Assembly (NCBI GenBank): GCA_020536535.1
Contig: JAHLWZ010000004.1
Span: 402,870 to 466,869, forward strand
Direction of reading: 5' to 3'
DNA: 64,000 nt
Source: Pelomyxa schiedti
Lineage: Eukaryota > Protista > Evosea
Shown: positions 1 to 13,903 of the stretch, piece after piece
Layout: each line of letters opens with the position of its first letter
How positions within the stretch are numbered: position 1 is the stretch's first letter
Position numbers and translations under genes: made by a program
The notes under the pieces: model-generated
Databases searched by the model: none
What the model was told of the DNA's origin: nothing
What the model saw: only the letters and a program-made list of their open reading frames with translations

Positions 1-1041
1 ACTGCTGCGATTTTGTGATTGGATGCCAAAGTTTCCTCCAAAACATGAAGGCAGCGGGCCTCCTCAGCAGCGTTTTCAGCAGCATGGCTCTCAAGTGGGT
101 ACTTCAGCTGTGAATAATTATTAGCTTTGGTCGTTGACAGGAAGGTGGGCATGCCTTGGGGAAAGGAGAAGTGGGCCAGGCGAAAGCGGGGATATCGAGT
201 TTGTGGATAGCCTTGGATCGTGTTGTACTCAGGCAACCAAATGTGCGTCCGTGGAAGGCACCCTCGAATGAAAGGATGGAGAAGTCAGGTGAGCCAGGGG
301 GAACGTTTTTCATGCATGAAGCCATATCCTCAGGGGAGAATGGATTTTCGGTTGGGTTGGTGATGTTTCCTCCACAGCGGATCTTCTGAGCCTTGTACAT
401 GCAGGCAGTCTTGAATGCGAATTCGTTGGCATCAGACCCAGAGAGGGAGGTAAAAACACAGCAAAGTGATGGGTGAGGGAAAATCTGAAAGATATAAGAT
501 GTTTCGAAGAGAAGAAAGAAAGAAAATACATGAGAGAAGGCGCTCTGAAGCATATCTGGCCACTGAACTGTTGGCATTACACCAATAGCTGGGCGCTGCA
601 ACAAGTGCTTGCGGAAGCCGGGAGAGTCCAGGAAGGTTGCCAACTCAGGGTTGTTGTAACCTGAAAACGTGATTCAGTGACGGAACTGCAACACATTTGG
701 GTTTCTTACCGAAGGGGAGGGATGAAATGTGGCAATAAACATCCAACAGTTGGTTGCCGTCGGCATCGACGATCTAGATAATATCGTAAATTATCACCCC
801 GAGCGACCCCACGTTTTATTTAAAAAAAAAAAAAAAAACCGCATACGTAGTTGCCAATGGACCTATCAGCATCCTGGAAAACGATAACGTGCCTAGCATC
901 CTGGTACTGAGCCATTCTCTCAGTAAGAGCCTTGGACTTGGGGCCGGGGATGGCGGTAGCAACGTGTGGTGCTGTTGGCTCCATGGCCAACACAGCGGGG
1001 TTGTATGGTGTAGCCGGCAAGGTAGCGGTGTAGGCCTGCAT
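1..1041 (-). CDS. ABAT: 4-aminobutyrate aminotransferase (GABA-T, class III PLP aminotransferase), multi-exon, 3' end outside window
   Basis: Motifs IPGPKS, SIGNY, SGSDANEFAFK, SFEGAFHGRTFGCLSTTRSKAIHKLDIPAFAWP and KYPLE of eukaryotic GABA-T across exons. Confidence 0.92.
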
Positions 1042-1367
1042 CTTTGTTGACTCTTAGATCCTGGGTTTTTTTAAAAAAATGAACAACAACCAAAAAGCGC
1101 GCTTAAATATCGCCGCGAGGTAATTCAACGAAAATCATGTCTTCTCGAAGGACACCCATCACCTGGAGACAACACTCAGGGGTCACATTGGTTCCGGAAA
1201 TCTCCCAGGGATTCGCCTCCGGACTGCTCCCGATGTGCTCTGCGAATAACATCAAGATCTGGGAGTCTGCACCTCCTAGGAACCCGACGATCGCAATCTG
1301 TCATTTGATCAAAGAAAAGTAAGTTGGGCTCTCTGTCCTGTCGGGTGTTGGGTGTCAGTCGTCGACG

Positions 1368-3098
1368 ATGAGCAAGCAACGTAGCGACCACGACAGCGGA
1401 GATCCAGCCAACAGGGGGGTAATGGACACCATTGGGGTGGCGTCGCCGTCATCGTCGGCTGCAAACGACGAGATCTCGATACTCATGCCTCCGGAGGAAT
1501 CTACGCCCCTTAGCACGACATCGCCATCACCGTCGCCGTCAGTTTCCGGTGACCCTGAGTGCAGTTTTTGGGGAGCCGTCGCTTTGAGTCACAAGCATAG
1601 AAAGATGCTAATCAAACTGGAGAGAGGTTTGTTTAGTGCTTAGATTCTCTTTTTTTCTTCGTTACTGGCGATGTTACGCTAACGTAAAACTCTCCCAACT
1701 GCAGACTGGTTTGTTACGAGCTACATAAGCGATTACATTTTAACGGCAGTAATCTTTATCATTGGCGGGTATGACTTTTTCTAGATTTTTTTTTTTTGTT
1801 TGTTTGTTTGTTTGTTTGTTTGTTTGTTTGTTTGTTTGTTTGTTTGTTTGTTTGTTTGTTTGTTTGTTTGTTTGTTTGTTTGTTTGTTTGTTTGTTTGTT
1901 TGTTTGTTTGTTTGNNNNNNNNNNNNNNNNNNNNNNNNNNNNNNNNNNNNNNNNNNNNNNNNNNNNNNNNNNNNNNNNNNNNNNNNNNNNNNNNNNNNNN
2001 NNNNNNNNNNNNNNGTTTGTTTGTTTGTTTGTTTGTTTGTTTGTTTGTTTGTTTGTTTGTTTGTTTGTTTGTTTGTTTGTTTGTTTGTTTGTTTGTTTGT
2101 TTGTTTGTTTGTTTGTTTGTTTGTTTGTTTGTTTGTTTGTTTGTTTGTTTGTTTGTTTGTTTGTTTGTTTGGGTAAACCATTCACATAGAATTATTGAGA
2201 AAGCTGTATCTCCTTACAACATGGAGATTCCTGGTGGGGCCGACAACTACAATTTGCAGTACACCTATATGAAGGAAAGTGTCCCCACATGGCTGCTTTG
2301 CATTCTTGCTTTTGTGTACGCAAAAAATACTTCCAGTGTGGAATCTTATGCCTTGGTAGCGTCCCGACATTGGCTGTGATATGTATTAATTTAGCTCTGT
2401 ACGCCCTCCGCTGCCGAAGGTCCGGATATACTGCGTTCGCACATGACACTCACAACTTCATCCTTGGAATTGTGGAGTTTTTTGCTCTGGCTATTTTATT
2501 TGCATCAATAGGGAAGGTTCGAGGTCTCCTCTTGTTCCTCATTGTAATCACTTGCACAGGTTGTAGCTGGCAGATACAGGTAACTCCTCGAAACGCATCC
2601 TCCTCCAACATCTTTCAGCTTTATTTATATCCCTAAGACCCAATTACTTTAACATGCCCGATGATGTGCGTGAATCACAAGGCAGGAAGAGCTTCCCTAG
2701 TGGTCACTCCACAATCGCATTTGGAGGATTCACCTTCTTGAGCCTCTATCTTGCAGGCAAACTGAAGTATGAAACCCATAGGTAGCACTCTCTTAAGTTG
2801 CAAACAGAGCTTTTGTAGACACGTCGGGTCAACTCTGGAAACTCATCTTGGTTCTTCTACCTGAGATTCCAGCCCTCTTAATAGCTCTGAGGTAAAGCAA
2901 TAAGCATTTGTAATCTCATAGTTACGCAGCCGGACCCGTGATTACTACCATGACTTCTCAGACATTGTTGCCGGTGCCGGTCTAGGGATCGCTATAGCCT
3001 TTGTCTGCTACAACTCACTCTACTACCCTCTCAACCACCCCAATTGCAATGAACCAAAGAGGAGGACCCCTATAGTATCTCTCCCTCTACGGAGATAG
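1368..3098 (+). CDS. PAP2-family lipid phosphate phosphatase (multi-exon; start 1368 or 1422)
   Basis: Spliced exons give [10 protein letters not shown] and [16 protein letters not shown] motifs plus several TM segments. Confidence 0.88.
1795..2171. repeat. (TTTG)n microsatellite spanning a 100-N assembly gap (1915-2014), inside a PAP2 intron (1769-2189)
   Basis: Directly visible; flanked by GTATGA donor and CATAG acceptor that keep the PAP2 frame. Confidence 0.97.
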
Positions 3099-3206
3099 TG
3101 CACACTATGGCCTTATTCTACTTTACAACAATAAAGAAGAACAGAATCCCAAATATGGAAAATTTCCCTTTTTTTTTTTTAATCCGAGGATAGGTCATTC
3201 ATTTCC

Positions 3207-4240
3207 TTAAGACTTCTTTTTCCCTTTGCCTCTTCCTGCTCCTTTTCCTGTCGAGGCTTTCGCTCCCGGTTTTGCACTTGGATTGGGTGCTGTGGTCTCT
3301 GCCGACGGTGGTACCGACGCCGATTGCTGTTGTTGCTGGTGCTGCTGATGTTGTAAATGCTTCTGGCGCAGTTTTTCAGCGGCGGCCTGGCTGCTGTGCT
3401 GTGCCGCGGGGTGGTGTGCCTGGGCTGGAGCAGCGGCGGGCTCGGCTGGGGTTACTTTGGCCACTGGGAGCTCGGTTTGCTTGGGGAAAGGGCACCGCAT
3501 GGCAAAGGCATCTTCTTGATCGGCATAATAATGCTCCTCAACATCATGAACCCTTTTGAGGGAAAAAAAAAGTTAAACGAAGGGTAACATTTAACGAAAA
3601 CTGGTACGCACTTGTAGCCTAGAGTGTCCTTGTATAAAGCCAAAGCAGCACGGTTGCCTCTCCTAACATGAAGGGACACATAGTGCGCTCCAAAAGAGTC
3701 TATCATGCATTGATCTGGAAAAGCCATTGGTAAGGTGGTTTTGTGGGTAAGTCAAGATACGGGATTGTCTTAGCAATTTGGTTGCTATTCCGAGCTTTCT
3801 GTATGACCTCAAAACTGATATGGACGTAATGTGCCCGTGTGGTTCTTCAGCTTCCTCCTCCCTAAAAACGAAATAGGTTAAACAAAACAAGTTTTAGGGC
3901 ATATTGTTAAGAGGGTTTTAACTTATTAAGTGGTTATTGTCGTTTTGCTTGTTTTGTATGGTTTTAAAGCGGAACGGATCAATACATTTTTGCAAGTACG
4001 TAACCCACGATGCGACCGTGGTCGTTTACGGCCACGAACGACAATTGCGGCCAAGACATAAGATGGTAGTAGTAATACTTCATCTGGTAGTTCTCGGGCA
4101 AACACGTCAAGTTGCAGTTCTGCATCCCGGGCAGATCGTCCACCTACGAGGTATGAGATTTATGAGCGATTCATTGCGACTGTTGTTGTTGTCGCAGATT
4201 ATGATTCCCGGCGCACCGTGGCTCGTCTAATCGACACCAT
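3207..4240 (-). CDS. NAA10: N-alpha-acetyltransferase 10 (NatA catalytic subunit) with Q/A/K-rich tail
   Basis: [75 protein letters not shown]. Confidence 0.93.
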
Positions 4241-4382
4241 TTCCCGTTGATTTCGTCGGATATTTTTTTTTTTTGTTTAATTTTTCCCTTTTTTTTTTTC
4301 AAATCTGCTGAGCACTTGCTCTCTTGCCAAGGGCTTTGTTTGTAACCTCAAAGGAGCGAAACTATGTTGGTGTCCATCATGA

Positions 4383-7300
4383 TCACGACAGTAGGAAGCA
4401 CCCGGGGAGATACGAGAGGCCTGTAGGGGGAAGCTTCTCTGTGGGAGCACCCGAGACGGAGGCCAGCCACCACAGAGTGTGCTGAAGAACCGGGTGCAGA
4501 ATCCCGGCAGAGTTCAGCCTGCCCACGCACTCCTGTACAACCACAAGTAGCGGCGCGGAGTCCTCCGGGCCCGCGCACTTGAGCAGCACCGGCGCCGTGA
4601 GCACGCTGTAGACTGCGCCGAACACCTCCTGCTCGAACGTGAGCCACTGCGGCCATATGCTGGTGGTGATTGTAGTCTGCAGCCACGCGGTCATGGTTGT
4701 GAGCCGCTCTATGACCTTGGCTAGGTGCGGAGTGACGAGGGTCTTGAGCTCTTGCTTGATTGCGTTGTGCTGCTGCTGCTGTTGTTGCTGCTCTGGTGTA
4801 AATTGGGTGATGGTGAGAAGAGACTGCAGAGAAAGCTGAACGAGTAGAGCTTCCTCGGAGAAGAAGTTGTCTGGTTCTACCTCGAACAGCCGTTGTGCGT
4901 TGTTGTATGGGCTGTCGAACAGCGGTGTGTTTGATGCTGAGAGGCAGATGTTGTTCACAAGGTACGCCAGCCACTGGTGCTGCGCACTTGATGGATTTTC
5001 TGGTGAAGTGGGCGGTACGTTCAGGCACCAGTTTGTTAACGCACTGAAAAGTTTTTCAGTGGCAACTGGGGGACAAAGAGGAGTGTGCCCAAGGGAACTG
5101 GCTATAATTCTGGCCATGTGGGATCTTACTTCATAGTCATCATCTTGGAGAAGTGTTATGGCTACTTGTGCCAGTGACATTATGGTGCAAGGATCTGTTT
5201 CCAATATGAATCACTCAAAAGCAAAAGAAATGTCATACCACTATGGTCGAAATGGCATAAAGCACTGGGTACAAAAATAGTTTCAAGTGCAGAAACTATA
5301 CTACTTCTACGCGGGATGGGGCAAGCGGGTTGCGAGTCAGATTGAACCAGCTCCAAAAAGAAGGTGAGATTTTCATTTTCAGACACGCCTACACAAAAGG
5401 TAAGTACTTTTGAATAATAAATACAAAACCTACTGTGATGACATCCTAGAAAGCCTTTTACAACGTGTCCCATCAATACGACAATAGACGGCCTTAAAGC
5501 CTGCTCCTTTAAAGCCAAAGCCTTCAAGAAAGAAAACAGATCATTTCTATTCACCACATCTGTCTTGACGATACTTCCGAGAGCATACATTACTCTTTTC
5601 AAGCATTTCAAATGTGGCTCCTTTCAATGGTGAGAAGACGCAGCAAATAAAAATCTTACATGGAAAACCATCGAATACAACAGTCGAGCAACTTCCAGGT
5701 CCTTGGGTGTACTCAAGCTGGGCCAGTAATGATGCTTACAAATGAAATTCAGACACACAGCTCGGACATCGTAGCTTGTGTGTTGTAGGAAATACAATAG
5801 CATATCAACAAGAGTTTTTCCAGATGTAGAAATGTCTATTAAGAAATATAAATTGCTTGCAAGGTAAACTGTGGAAGAAAACCTGGCCAGTCAGAAGTGA
5901 TGTGCAGTGAGAAAGTGGTGGCAGCCTTTTGATGTGAACAAAGCATCACAGACGAACCAACATATTTTGAATTTGGCTGAATTGTGGCGGCAGAGTATGC
6001 TATTTCTGCTGCAAAGACCAGGAAATCATGTAGTCCACCATTCAAGGGAGAGATTTTTTTAAGGTGACAGCAAATCATGTCAGTCAACCTCAGCATTGCT
6101 GTGCTGATAGGGAAACAATAATGTGAGTCGGAGTTTCCTCCACATCTGGCAAGCCACATTTTTGGTGTCAGTAAACCGAGAACTTGGCTCAAAAATTCCT
6201 AATTTAAAGATTAAATCTATAGTAGTATAACAGGCGCCACTCACTTGGTTGGAAGCCTGGTCAAGGGAATGTTGCAGTAATGCATGTATTTGAAGAATTA
6301 CTCCGTGAGTGCAGTTATGAGAGTGGCCAGATGCTATCTCATCGGGCAGACACTGTATCAGTTGGGTCAGCATGGAGGGTAGTGACACAGGGTTCACGAG
6401 TGGAACAATGGCGGCACTTGCAACTTCTCTCACTCTGGAAGGAAAGAAACTCAGGTTGAATAAAAAAAAGGATGAACTCCTTACTTCATGTAAGGGTGTG
6501 CTGAACACTTCAAAACCATCTGAATGAATGGCAGTGGATCTTTGGTTGTTACTGTGGTGTCATAGGGCTGCAACTTGGATAGAAGAAGTAAGAGAGAGAA
6601 CATGCTGGGCTGCAGAAGTTCTGAAGAAACACCATCCGACAACTTATGGATAAAACCAAGGAAATAGTCATATCTGACAAAACATTAGTGAGTTGGTTGG
6701 ACGAGGAAAGTAAAGTACAGCAATGGATAAAGCGAGAAAATTTCATTGAAGGACACAACTCCAACGCCTCGGTTCAAGGCAGACTCAAACAGCATTGTGA
6801 CTGAGTTACGAATGGCCCAGTTGGGTGACGCAAAGCATTCAAAAATGATTATAAAGATCCTGTCCAAGAATGAACTGACATCTGTGCATTTCCTTTAAAA
6901 AAAGAAAGTGGACCCTTGTTGCACACAATCAGAAACGGATTTTACACGCAGTAAGAATGTAAGCATGTTGATAGCGTGAACTTGAGCAGTCTGAACGCTT
7001 TCAGAGGTTTCACTGGGATTTGCTAGCTGCAACACTTCCGGAAAGTAACATAACTGGAGTCAAGTTTTTGTTTGTATGGAGAAAAGGTGTACATTGTTCA
7101 ATAGTCATATTCAATAGGTAATTAACAGCACCCTTTTCTGCTGCCTCAGCTTGAAGTACTCCTGCAATACAGAACGGCATCCCAGCACTACGCCTGGTTA
7201 TGTGTTGCGTCTGCGGTGAACCCAGAGATGTGAGTACGTTCCTAATCCAACTTTCTGGAAGTAGACGTAGTTCTGGTGAGGTGCTGTGAAGTAACTTATC

Positions 7301-10300
7301 ACACAAGATTTTGTATCCTTCAGCCGTTTTTTCAATTGCCCCCTTGTGACGAGTTGATAAAAGAACATCTGCACAAGAAAAGAATTGTATTAGTGCTTAG
7401 AAGAATCAGTGTGTAAAGTGACAATACTGAGAAGAAGTTCGCCCAGTTGCTTCACCTGACTTACTGTGAGAAGTTCCTCAGATGTTTTACACGTTATGAG
7501 GGACACCAAAGCACCAACGAGAAGGCTGGTCTCCTTGACACATAACCAGCAACAGACTGTAACGAGTTGACCCTCCTCACTTCTTAAATCTGGCGAGTGC
7601 TCGTGATTTTCGGTACTTAATACATCGGGGTCATATCCCTCAGGTGCTAGATCTGCAACCACAGGCAATACTATTGCGGAAACCTTGTGTATGCATTCGC
7701 ACAGATCAGACAGCAACGTCCGCAAAAGTGCACGTTCCTGGCTCGTGGAAGGAGCGTAAAAATGCGTGGTATCAACAATGTGGCGAAGAGCAGCCAGAAG
7801 GCCATGCATCGGAGCCTGACGAGCAGCAGCTATCAGGTTGCTAGAGGCAAGTGCCATTTGTGATTTCAATGCTTTAATAAGTTGGCTGGAGAAAGCTACT
7901 GCACTGATTGGAAGGGCCTGGGGGGCTGTCAAACTGGTGACAGAAATATGCCACTGTGAGTTCTCATCCACAGTAAGCTGAACGTCCCAGCTGCTCCCTT
8001 TGTTTATGTCACTTACTAATAAGAGGAAAAAACGGCGAAAAAAAACCTGATATCAATTTGGTAAGAACAATGCAGAGGAGGCGGGCACCAGTGTCAGCCT
8101 GGAACATTCGAGGACTGCGAATAAGGTGGACAGCCCACTGAAGCATAAGTTTAACTCCTTCAATGGATCCAAAACCGGGAAGTGGCTGAGGGAAAGATTG
8201 CAGAATACCAAAAATCGCCAATCTGCATCTTTCCACTGGCGTACACAGAGCTCCCAATAGTAATGTGGCTTTTGCGGGTGTGTAAAGCTTTGGGTTTTGA
8301 GTAATTTTTATCTATACAGTCAAGGTAACCTCAAAGAACTTGTTTTTGAAATCAGGTGGGAATGATTTCACAAGAATAGATAGTGACACTAAAGCAAATA
8401 GCATCCTTTCACGGCAAGCATTTGGATACAAGGTTGCAACAGAGGCATCAGCAAGCCAATTGGAAAATGCTCTGACCTGAGAATAAATTTGTTACAATAT
8501 TGCCTGGGGGGAAAGAAGCAACCTGCTGCTCAACAGGAGACAGGGTATTTGTGGCTGCACGCACCCTATTTATGAATTTAGGAAGCAACCCAGCTATTTT
8601 TTGCCTCGAGTTTTGTGTTGTATGAGCAGAGCCAAGAAGCATGAAAGTGCGCATTAGTTGAAGCTGCATTCCAACAGTAATGTGAGTTTTTCGTTGATAC
8701 GAAGGCTAAAACCTCAGCTACTGTCGGTGCTTCCAGTGATTTAGTGGATACTGTGATGAGCTCAAGCGCAGATAAACTGACAGCCTCCTCAGTGTGAGAC
8801 AGACATTCACTTAAAAGAGAATCAAATGAGAAGGGGGTTTGAGCTTGCACTAAAGTCTACAATTGAGGAAGGGTGAACGAAATTGTGATGCAAGGTGCAG
8901 GCATACCTGTAATGAAGCAGAGTCTACCAAATCACTACTGCGTGCATATGTAAGGACAGAAATCAGGGTTTGAACAATTGCTTCATGGGGAGCTCCAGAA
9001 ATGGAAATAGCGTGAACAATGTTTGGGATAGACTGGGGCATATGACGCAGAATTACAGGAAGGCTGTGTTCGGCCACGCGTGTAAAAGATTCATCCCCTT
9101 TGCCTGCTAAGCTTAAGAGTGTACTCACAAGAGGTGAAATTATTTGGCCTTCACAGAACTGTCTATCATGCATCTTTTTAAGGAGTTAAATTGCATTGAA
9201 TGGTATTGTGGTATTGATGATGAACCTTGGCCATTTTCTCCATGAAACTATCCAAAAAAAGGGAAGCTTGGAGACGGACTGTGAATACTCCCAGGGAAAC
9301 AAGGGTTGTTTTTACTATGTGAGGGCACATTTGTAGCATTTGTGTTGGCGTGATGTCACTCAACAAAGTTCTCTGCATTCCAGTTAAAAAAAAAACGGAA
9401 AAAATATGGCAAACCAGAGGTGAGTATTTGGCTCGGTGCTCTCCAGAGAGATTCAGAATCTTCTGTACTAAGGACAGGACAAACTGGGGAACACCTTGTG
9501 CGTGAGGGAATATAGTACGATGCAGGTCCATGAGTATTGTGAAGTTCTGCTGGGACTGCTGAAGCACATTGGCAGCGGGGGTGTTCCAATGACGCCAAAG
9601 AATGTCTTTAGGGGAGTAAATTTGGAACACAATTGTGGAAGCCTGTACCAAGGGTGTCAACAAAAACAGTTTTGAAGAAAGCATCCCAGGAGACAAGAAA
9701 TTTATTTCCTATTTCCTGGATAGAGATAAGCTGCTTAACTTCGAGAAAAATAGATACAGATAGGTCTGAGATTCCCGATATAACTTTCTGTAATCTGACA
9801 AGACATGCTTGTAGTGTCATAAGTGCAAAAAATGCATGAAACTGCACAGACACAGATTTACAGACACGTAGAGCAACAGGAAGAACCTAATATTATGGTG
9901 AAATATTTGTGGTAAAAAGTGTGTTACTTACGTAATCATACAGGAGAGTGCCAGATCTCCTTTCTCCTTCAAGGAGAGGAATTTGCAAAGTGAGATAATC
10001 CTCAGTCACGGGGGGAACAAGCACAACACCACGAATGATACTCATAAGTGGTAAGACACCAGCAGGTGAATGTAAAACAGTAATAGACTCAGTAGAAACA
10101 ACCGGCAAACAGCTGACTCCCGCAGTGCCTGCTGATTGCTCCATCGAGGTTATTTTTACTGGTGTAAGAACCCGCTGAATCAGCATTGCCACACTTTTTG
10201 CACTTCCGCATAGGCACAATATTTGTGCAATAGCCATCCCTGATGAGGAGAGACATGATTTAGAACACCACTTTTGCAGGCATATTTGTATTAAAGCTTG

Positions 10301-11227
10301 CAAAAGCTCCTTAGGGCCTTTTTTGTCATCTAGAGATTTTGTAGTATTTGAACCATTGAAAACACTGCTAAAAAAATTGCCCACTGCAGAAGGAAGTCGC
10401 GAGCATGTCAGAACAAATGTCTTGATAACCAAATCACACTCGTTGACAGCAATTTCAGTAACTACTTCATTAATGTGCTCAAGCTGCTGCAGTTTACTCA
10501 AATGAAGCGCCAGAGTTGTCGCAAATGCTGAAGTGATAAGCTCGACCATCGAGGGATGAGAAAGGTGGGGAATTGCCACAGTTGCATCTAGCAACTGCGA
10601 AATCAGAGTTAGCACAGCAGAGCAGTGCTCAACGCGAGCCTCTGCGCCACTGCAAATCCCGGCCAGCTCACTCTTAAACCACGCGAACAGCCTTTCAGCC
10701 TGCCGCGAAGCCACCTGAGTGCTCACGGCATTGAACAGGGAAGCGCACCCCGCTCTCAACTGCGTGTGCTGCTCACCCGAGTGCATCAGATACTCACAAG
10801 CAACATCGCACGCGAGCTCGGCGCTCTGACAGACCTCGAAATTGGCACTTTCGAGAGCGGCTGCGCTCGCCGCGTCTTTTCCGGCGTCGCTCAGCGCCGA
10901 CGCCATCTTGCTCAGGGCCACAAACTGCGCCTTTCCATTACCGCCGGATGCGATCAACTGCGCCAGCAACGCGCCCACGTCTACTGGCCTTTTCTTGCCT
11001 TTGGTTTGCTGTTGCGACTGCGGATCTTGCGTGTCCGGTACTTGAGCGGCTGCGGCGGCGGTGTCGCAGTTAGATCTGTGGGCGAGTACGACGCGCTTGT
11101 ATTCTTCGAAAGCGGACGTGAGCCTGGCGATGACGTCACGGGGCAGATCTAGTGGCAAATCGCCCTTCTTGGTGTCGCGAACCCTCTGTTGTTGTTTGTG
11201 CTGGTCGCGGTCCGCTCGGTACGCCAT
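4383..11227 (-). CDS. THADA: THADA/Trm732-like ARM-repeat protein (DUF2428), multi-exon
   Basis: CWLCVKE, TRHKGAIE, ITRRSAGMPF and WAIRNS motifs typical of THADA/DUF2428; large helical protein. Confidence 0.88.
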
Positions 11228-11302
11228 GGTGAAAAAAAAAAGAGTCGGTGATGGTTCACGGAAAACGGGCACCCGTTTCTTTTTTTTTGAAACGCATCAC
11301 AC

Positions 11303-13355
11303 TCAGTCAATAATGATGGTTGCTTGTGGAATACGCTGTTGTGGTGTTTGAGGTGGTTGAGGGTGAGGCGCAGGAGCCGGGAGGGCGCCGCGCGCAACGT
11401 CAGGCATCTCGGGAATGCGGTTTGCTTCCTCCTCCGCCTTATTCTTTTTCAGCAAGGCTTCAAAGCAGTGAAAAAGCTGAGCTTCCCTTTCTTCAATCTT
11501 CTCCTTTGGCGCCTTTGGATTGCTGGTGAGCCAGGTGAGTATTTCGTCACACGTTTGCTTAGTCTGGATACAAGTTAGGGAAAACTAAACAAAAGTGGAT
11601 GCTCACCTGGTGCACGTTTTCCTCAAGACGGGCCTGTGCCCTATGGCGCCTTTTTTCCGCTTCCCTTCTGAGGTGGTATGCTTCCTGTTTCATGGCCGCA
11701 ATTTGCTCTCGTGTGAGTCCAATCCTCAAGTCATTCAGGGCGACCTTTCTGCTCGTATCACTCTCCGCAGTTACATCCACCATACCATATCTGTCACAAT
11801 TGAAGGTCACAAGCACCAGCTTTTCCCCATCTCTATTTGTGGGCAGCAGAGGCAGTTTAAACTCACCCAGACAGATACCCCTGCCTTGAATCACCCTGAT
11901 TGTTACACTCGCACTCCTGTTGCTGGTGTAGATATGACCCACAATCCTGAATGGAAACCCCTTGTTCTTTGGCACAATGACTTTCACTTTGGTGTCTGGT
12001 TTCTCGACACCAAGGCTGTGAGGAGTTACGTCAAGCAGCAGAATATCGTTAAGACAAGGGCTGGACTTGGCGGCGCCGGAGAGAATAGCAGCCTGCACAG
12101 CTGCACCATGTGCCGCGGCCTCCTCCCAATTACGGATATTGTTCGGCTGTAATCTGTGATCGAAAAGCTCTGAGACCAACTTCTGTATCATGGGGATCTG
12201 GGCGGATCCGCCAACCATGATGACCTCACAAATGCTTATCTTAGAAACCGGTGGATCTTGAGATTGCAGTACTTGATCAATTAGGCCCACAGTTGATCTG
12301 AAAAACTGCTTGTTGACTTGCTCAAAAAAAGAGCGAGTAATCTTGCCCAAGTAGTTGATGCCAGCCAATAAGTCATTAATTTCCACAATGGCCTCTTCTT
12401 TCTCAGAAAGTGTTATCTTGGCCCGCTCACAGGCAGTGCGAAGCATTCCCAGAGCTCTAGAATCACAATGCAGGTCCTTGTTGAATGTGGTCCTGAAGTC
12501 AGTTGCAAAGTGCTCCACCAAATTATGGTCGAGCTCCTCTCCACCAAGATGTGTGTTTCCAGCAGTCGCCAAGACATGAAGTACTCCTCCATTCGCAAGA
12601 AGTAGAGTGACATTCACTGTACCACCTCCAATATCGAAAACAACGATGTGGCCATCTTTTCGGTATCCCATAGCCACTGCAGTCGATTCATCTATGAGCC
12701 TAACTGGATGGAGACCTGCGATTACCGCCGCGTCCCGAGTGGCTTTTCTCTGTACTTCGTTGAAATCCGCTGGGCACCTGTTGGGAGATATGCGGGATGA
12801 GAAGGATAAAGAGAAGCACAGGGACACAAACGTGATAACTGCCTGGTTGAACGACTTTCCCAAGTAGGATTCGGCAATATCCTTCATCTTTGCAAGGACC
12901 AGTGACAAAATTTCTTCTGGCGTGATCAACTTGATAATACCACAGTCTCTCACTTGAATAAGTGGGAGCCCAGAGTTGTCAACGATCTTGAACGGCCAGT
13001 TCCTCATGTCAGCCTGAAGGTTAGCATCCCCTGTCTTCCTCCCAATGATCCTCTTGATATCAAAAATGGTGCACTCTCGATTTCGCTCAATCTGCGCCAC
13101 TGCCGCCTCCCCAACGAGCGGCCCTCGGTCTGTGAACGCCACGCAAGTTGGAGTGGAGATGTTCCCCAGCTCGTTTGGCAGTACCTTCACCACACCACCC
13201 CTCCACACTGCGACGCGACAATACGTAGTACCAAAGTCTATTCCAACACCGATGGGCTCCTCTGCAGCAGATGTTACCGGTAACGCCACGAACGAGGAAC
13301 CTGTGGTTGTTCCCGCAGATCCCAATGCAGATGGAGGTACTGATGTCGCCGACAT
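11303..13355 (-). CDS. Divergent Hsp70-family chaperone (two introns; ends ...QATIIID, no EEVD)
   Basis: GIDFGTTY, DIGGGT, HLGGEELD, VGGSAQIP, GAAVQAAIL, LLLDVTPHSLGVE. Confidence 0.92.
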
Positions 13356-13903
13356 GTTATTGTGCTTGTTGTTGGATCTCGCCCTGAGCGTTTGTGTTGT
13401 TATTTTTTTTGTGGTTATGAAATTATCCAGGTGATGAAGCCAAAAAAAGATCGACGCCTGTGGCACCCAGAATCATTTTGGTGGGCCATAGACGCCGTAG
13501 AAAGATGAAAGAAAAGAGGAATTGGGATTTTAGGTGCTTAGTTTTCAGACACGATTTAATTAACGTCAATACGCCACATAGATCTTGGGAAAAAGGGGTT
13601 TTCAGGAATGGACGCAGGGGATATGTCAAAGGGCTGACGTAATGACAGGTGTGACAAACGGGCTTAGATTTTCTATCCAAATATTTTTAGCTCGCCACAA
13701 TTGGGTCAATTTGAAAAAAAAAACTGGAGGAAACAACAAACGGGAAACGGTTCCCGTTTTCTTGTTTTTTGGGATTTTTTTCTTTTTTGTTTGCCAGTTG
13801 AGTGTGTTTAGAATACTGCAAAACTGATTGTCATATGTAGTTTACATGGGCTCCACCATATTTATCGTAATGTATAGTTGTACAGTTGTCATAATCCCCC
13901 AGT

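Noticed and set aside
1137-1371. Short ORF with a GTAAGT donor upstream of PAP2 (possible uORF or small gene)
   Set aside because: No recognisable motif; cannot be supported without transcripts
1759-2189. ORFs reading KQTN or FVCL repeats
   Set aside because: Translations of the intronic (TTTG)n microsatellite and the N gap; not a CRISPR array or a protein
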